NCBI GenBank assembly: GCA_964202905.1 | Contig: CAXNJO010000008.1 | Location: 162,099 to 226,098, forward strand | Length of the DNA: 64,000 nt | Origin: Polyangiales bacterium | GTDB lineage: Bacteria; Myxococcota_A; Polyangia; Polyangiales; JADJQN01 | Direction: 5' to 3' | In this document: positions 59,701 to 64,000 of the stretch, one piece after another | How positions within the stretch are numbered: position 1 is the stretch's first letter | Layout of the letters: each line of letters opens with the position of its first letter | The notes under the pieces: model-generated | Database searches by the model: none | Told to the model about the DNA's origin: nothing | What the model saw: only the letters and a program-made list of their open reading frames with translations | Made by a program: the position numbers and the translations under genes

Positions 59701-62124
59701 CTCGCGACAGAGGGCTTTGCGCACCGCAGGCTTCGCGTGCACGAGCACGCTCGGTCCGTCGGCGAACGCCGCGTCGTCTGCTGCGAGGTCGTCGATGCCG
59801 AGGTAGTCGACCTCGACGAGCCCTAGCTGCTCGAGGTTCGGGTTCGTGTACCGCCAGCCGCGCCGCTGATCGAACCACACGCGATACGACAGCACCTGCC
59901 GCAGCGTCGCCTCGGCCTCCTGGAGATTGAAGCCCTTGAGAGTCGGCTCATGCAGCCACTCGCCGCGCACCTCGGTCGTGCCGCGATCGAAGCCCAGCGC
60001 CTTCTGCTGCGCGCTGCCGAGCTCCTCGCTGCGCAGGCCGTTCGCACCCGCCGCGTCGAGCGCGCCAAGGAAGCCGGCGCGAATCAGGCTCACGAACAGG
60101 AAGTCGTTGAAGTGCCCGGCTTGGAGCGCAGCGTCTTGCCGATTGTCGGTGAAGCCGAGCAGCTTGCGCGTGTACTTGTCGAGCCCGGCGTCGCCGGTGT
60201 GCATCCAGCGTAGCGTGCTGCTGACGAGCACCGTCGTGGCCGAGCTGCGACCTTCAGCCGAGAGGGACGCGAGCCGGTTGCGATCGCGAGCCGCGCCCCC
60301 GAGGGCCTCGCCGCAGCGCAGGCAGAAGCGGAACTTGCCGGGGAGAAACCACGCGCGAGCGCCCGAGCCGACCTTACCCGTCGGCTCGACGAGCAGCTCC
60401 TCTGCGCGCGCTTTCTTGCGGCTCGACTTGAGCTTCGGCTCTCCGGCCTTGTCGTAGTCGAGCCACGAGTCCGGGTAGTCGGCAGCCTCTCCCTTGAACG
60501 TGAACGCGTGAACGCCCGTGCCCGAGTCACGCGGATGCAGCGTTAAGAAGCCGAACGCGTCGACCTCGTCGGTCTCCTCGGCGCTCGCGGCGTCCTCGTC
60601 GTCGTCGCTCTTGGCGAGCGGCGCATCGTCGATGTCGCGCTTGTACACGACGCGCCCACCGCCCTCGCTCGTGAGGCGCACCGGGTGGTACTCGTGCCCG
60701 CACTCGCGGCAGAAGTGGACGGCGTAAAGGCGCTTCTCCGGGTCGCCGGGGAGGAACTGCTGCCCATCGACCGTGACGGCGCGCTGACCGGGCTGCTCGA
60801 GCGTCGCGTACGCGTGCCCCGCGCCAGAGATGAACTGGTGCAGCTTGAAGGCGAAGAAGCTGCGCTCGCTCGCGGTCTTCGACGCGATGCGCTCGTTCTC
60901 CGGTGTGCCCGAGACGAGCAGCAGGTTCTGGAGCGCTGTGCGGCACGCGGGCACGTCACGCCCCGAGTCCTTCGCGAGCGCGTCGACGGCCTCGGTCACC
61001 GTGCTCGGGCGAGCACGCACCCATCGTTGATCTGCATCTGACCACTGCACGCCGAGGCTCGTCTCGACCCAGATCGCGAGCGGGTGCACGCGCAGCTCCG
61101 CATCCGAGATCGTGCTCGGCACGCCGGCGTCGATCGCCGCGCTGAGAAGCGGGCGCACCTGCTCGCGCGTCACGCCTGCGTCCGTCACGCGCTCGAGCGT
61201 CTCGACGATCACGTTGCTCTCGGGGATCGGGAGCGAGAAGAGCTTCGAGGCCACGCCTGCGACGACGCGGCTCTTGTCGAGCAGCGAGCCCTCGCTCGCC
61301 ATGGTGGCCGACGTGCCGATGCACTGAAGCCCCTCGGGCGAGAGCCGCTCGCGCACTCGCCGGACGAGGAGCGCGACGTCCGCGCCCTGCCGCCCGCGGT
61401 ACGTGTGCAGCTCATCGAGCACGAGGAAGCGCAGCCCCGCGCAGTTCGCCATGACCTGCCGGTCGACCGCCTCCTGACGCGTCATCAGGAGCTCGAGCAT
61501 CATGAAGTTCGTCAGCAGGATGTCGGGCGGGTGCTCCGCGATGCGGCGCCGCTCCTCGTCGTCCTCCTGCCCCGTGTAGCGGGCGAACGTGACCGGCGGC
61601 TGCCCCGCGACGTTGCCGACGAACTTGCCGAGCTCCTCGAGCTGGCTGTTCGCGAGCGCGTTCATCGGATAGATGATGATCGCGCGTGTCCGCTGCCCAC
61701 CGCCGCGCCGCTTCTCCGCGAGCACTGCGTTGACGATCGGGATGAAGAAGCAGAGCGACTTGCCCGAGCCCGTGCCCGTCGTGACGACATAGCTCTCGTC
61801 CTGCGAGGCGAGCGCGATCGCCTGCTCCTGATGCTTGTAGAGCGAGAGCGTCTCGCCCTTCGGCGCGCGCACCGTCCGAAAGATCTCCGCGCTGCGCGCG
61901 TCGAGCATGCCCCCCGCGACGAGCTTCTCGACCGTCGTCGTCCGCTTGAAGCTCGGGTTGATCTGAATGAGCGGCTCGGGCCAGTAACGCTCCTGCGCGT
62001 AGATCGCCTGCACCTGCTCGCGGATGTCCTCCGCGTAGATCGTGGTGAACGACGTCGCGAACTTCTTGTACTCGCCGACGACGTCATCGCGCAGCGCGAA
62101 CACGTCCATGCTCTTGCGGCTCAT
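56790..62124 (-). CDS. YprA/MrfA-family DEAD/DEAH helicase with DUF1998 Zn domain (DruE-like, ~1780 aa)
   Basis: LYKHQ, TGTGSGKS, YPMNALANSQ, LDELHTYRGRQG, TSAT, FTDNRQDA, TMELGVDI, QRSGRAGR, CxxC motifs, YEATEGGAG, CVAACYRCLMSYYNQPDH. Confidence 0.93.
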
Positions 62125-62422
62125 CGACGCCCTCCGTGCCTCTCAGGCCAACGCCGTCCCGCTACGAAGTTCATGTTGCCGGGAGAGTGCCCAGGACGCG
62201 GCGAGGCGCAACGGCGGCGCGCGGTCGAGGAAGCAGCGCCGCGGCGCGGAGAGCGCCGGCGAGCTGGGTTCGGTCATGGCGGACGGACGCACGCCCGAAG
62301 AGGCCGACCGACGGACGTGCGGCCCGGTCCGCCGGGCGCAGAAGCGTCCTCGGATTCTCCTATCAGGGAAGTGAGGCGCTCCGCCTCCTTTCACCGAGGA
62401 GATCATCATGGCCACCGCTCAG

Positions 62423-64000
62423 CCTCGATTTCGCGCTTGTCGCCCTTCGAGGTATCGTGAGCCGGTCTGCGACATGCTGAGTCGTCGCATCGATGCATGA
62501 GAGTGTCCAAATGGCATGTATCGAGCACACTTCCCCCTTTCCCCCACGGTCCGTGGCAGGCTCTGCAACGCAGCGGTGGAGGACGTCACTCACGCCGACC
62601 GCCGATCGCGTAGAGCGCTGTGCCGGGCATGACGAGAATGGATGTCCGTCGGCCTGAGCGCGCGAGAATGCCAGCGACGCAGAGAAAGGCGCGGCGTACC
62701 CAGTCCGCACGCCACACGACGACCTGCGGCGCGACCGCGCGCACGAAGCGACGAAGAAGGTTGAAGGCCAGCATCTTGAGCAGCAGCGTCGCGTGATTCG
62801 CGTTGAAGTGCCAACTCGGAGTCTCGGCGATTCCCCACTGGTTCTTCCACTCGGCGATCATCGTCTCGATTCCTGCACGACCGTCGTAGCGGGCGGCGAC
62901 CGCCTCTGGCGCCTCGTCGGAGTTCGTGACGTACATTCGCACGGCCCACTCTTCGCCTTCCCAGAGCGTGAGCTGCTTGCCACAGCGGTCTTCGTTCGTG
63001 CGCACGGCGACGACCCGTGGCTTGATGCCCGCGGCATGCCACGAGCCCCGCGTGAAGGGCACCTCCGCTACCTGCGTGACCGGCTTGCCGTCCGCGTCCC
63101 ACTCGGTCGTGCACCACGTGATGGTTTCGCGAGCGACCCGGCAGACGAGGTCGTCGGTGGCGCGAGCCTTGACGACGTAGACCGCGCCTGCCTCCGCGAT
63201 CGCGGCCAGAATCTGCGCGCAGTCCGCCGCACTGTCGATTCGCACGAAGAGCTTCTGACGGCGCGTGAGCGTGGCCTTCACGCGCTCGACGATCTGCTTC
63301 ACGGCGGGTGCGTCGTCGGCGCCGAATGTGGTGTCACCGGGCCGGAGAATCGCGGCGACGCACGTGTCGACCTCCGCGATGCGGGCGACGATCGGGTGGT
63401 AGCTCTCGCGACCGTGTGCCCTCGGGTTGTAGCCGACAGCTGCGCCCTCGCGGCTCCCGTAAACGACCTCGACAGTCGAGTCGATGTCGAGATGCACCTC
63501 TCGATGCGACTCAAGCGCATGGCCAGTGACACCATGCGTGAACATCAGCGCGTCGAGCGCACGCAGTGCGTCGACATCGAAACGCGCGAGGTCGCGATAG
63601 ACGGTGTCGATGCTCGGTATGTAGCCGCCGTTGAGCAGGACGAAGAGCGGGTCCGCCGACAACGCTTCGATGTCGAACACGCGCGTTGCCCCGACGGCCT
63701 GCGCGTCGATGAGCAAGCGCAGCTGTCCGGCCATCGGATAGACGACCCGCGGACCGTCCTTGAGCCGGTTCGCGATGTGCGCGAGATCCCGGCCGAGCCC
63801 GAGTTCGTCGACGAAGCCCGCGAACGTCGCGAGCCCAGCCATGTTGGTCAGCTTCGCAGACGTCGCACCCAGGCCCAGCCTGCGAGCCTCCCGCCGCTTC
63901 ACCTGTCGGCTCTGGGCTTGCAGCGCGTGCCCTGCACCTCGCTGTCCGCCCATCGCATCGCGCCTCACCTTGCAGGTGCCCAAAAGCTTCGCTGTGCTCG
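62423..64000 (-). mobile_element. IS1380-family insertion sequence (other end outside the window)
   Basis: Contains the transposase; CCTCGATTTCGCGC at 62423 resembles IS1380-type CC-starting ends (boundary tentative). Confidence 0.65.
62586..63983 (-). CDS. IS1380-family DDE transposase
   Basis: LDIDSTVEVVYG.REGA..GYN, SYHP, LRPG, RIDSA, Y.GRAGIETMIAEWK, LAFNLL; start uncertain. Confidence 0.9.
   Translation of the reverse strand: MGTCKVRRDAMGGQRGAGHALQAQSRQVKRREARRLGLGATSAKLTNMAGLATFAGFVDELGLGRDLAHIANRLKDGPRVVYPMAGQLRLLIDAQAVGATRVFDIEALSADPLFVLLNGGYIPSIDTVYRDLARFDVDALRALDALMFTHGVTGHALESHREVHLDIDSTVEVVYGSREGAAVGYNPRAHGRESYHPIVARIAEVDTCVAAILRPGDTTFGADDAPAVKQIVERVKATLTRRQKLFVRIDSAADCAQILAAIAEAGAVYVVKARATDDLVCRVARETITWCTTEWDADGKPVTQVAEVPFTRGSWHAAGIKPRVVAVRTNEDRCGKQLTLWEGEEWAVRMYVTNSDEAPEAVAARYDGRAGIETMIAEWKNQWGIAETPSWHFNANHATLLLKMLAFNLLRRFVRAVAPQVVVWRADWVRRAFLCVAGILARSGRRTSILVMPGTALYAIGGRRE

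Noticed and set aside
50004..62124. Canonical DISARM or Druantia call
   Set aside because: No separate DrmA, DrmB or PLD DrmC, and no recognisable Druantia partner genes; reported only as related

Overview
GC-rich bacterial chromosome segment, most likely a myxobacterium (Myxococcota, Polyangiales-like). This is inferred from the AUC-started, C-terminally extended IF3, the large TPR protein, the DUF4388 response regulator, the TSP3-OmpA protein and the Ser/Thr kinase. (1) 1-13.1 kb is core genome: a Grx4/HesB-like/rhodanese fusion, a Tgs1-like methyltransferase, tRNA-Val, thrS-infC-rpmI-rplT-pheS-pheT-ihfA-merR, tRNA-Pro followed by group IIC intron 5' remnants, surE, apt and tRNA-Arg(CCT). 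(2) 13.1-20.1 kb is a ~7 kb element integrated in tRNA-Arg between 44-bp att repeats. It has phage-satellite (PICI-like) organisation: integrase, small repressor, Xis, Prim-Pol, D5/P4 helicase, candidate ori, TerS-like HTH and GIY-YIG cargo, with no structural genes. (3) 20.1-44.6 kb is core or envelope genes: DsbD/CcdA-Trx, DUF4398/OmpA, a beta-barrel protein, response regulator, TPR protein, RpoH-like sigma, ErpA/IscA, SDR, YgfZ, CAP protein, kinase, birA, nadC, HAD hydrolase and CPBP protease. (4) 44.7-64 kb is a defence island. It opens with nine ~42-bp-phased palindromes, then an AbiE-type TA pair with a broken toxin, an IS3 remnant, and a ~14.5 kb coupled operon (YprA/DUF1998 helicase - SNF2 helicase - type IIG-like adenine methyltransferase - YhcG nuclease - DUF1016-N - HNH nuclease) that is DISARM/Druantia-related, followed by an IS1380. 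Frameshifts cluster at 40.6-57 kb and may be assembly errors or real decay. All calls come from reading motifs by eye; no database searches were run.
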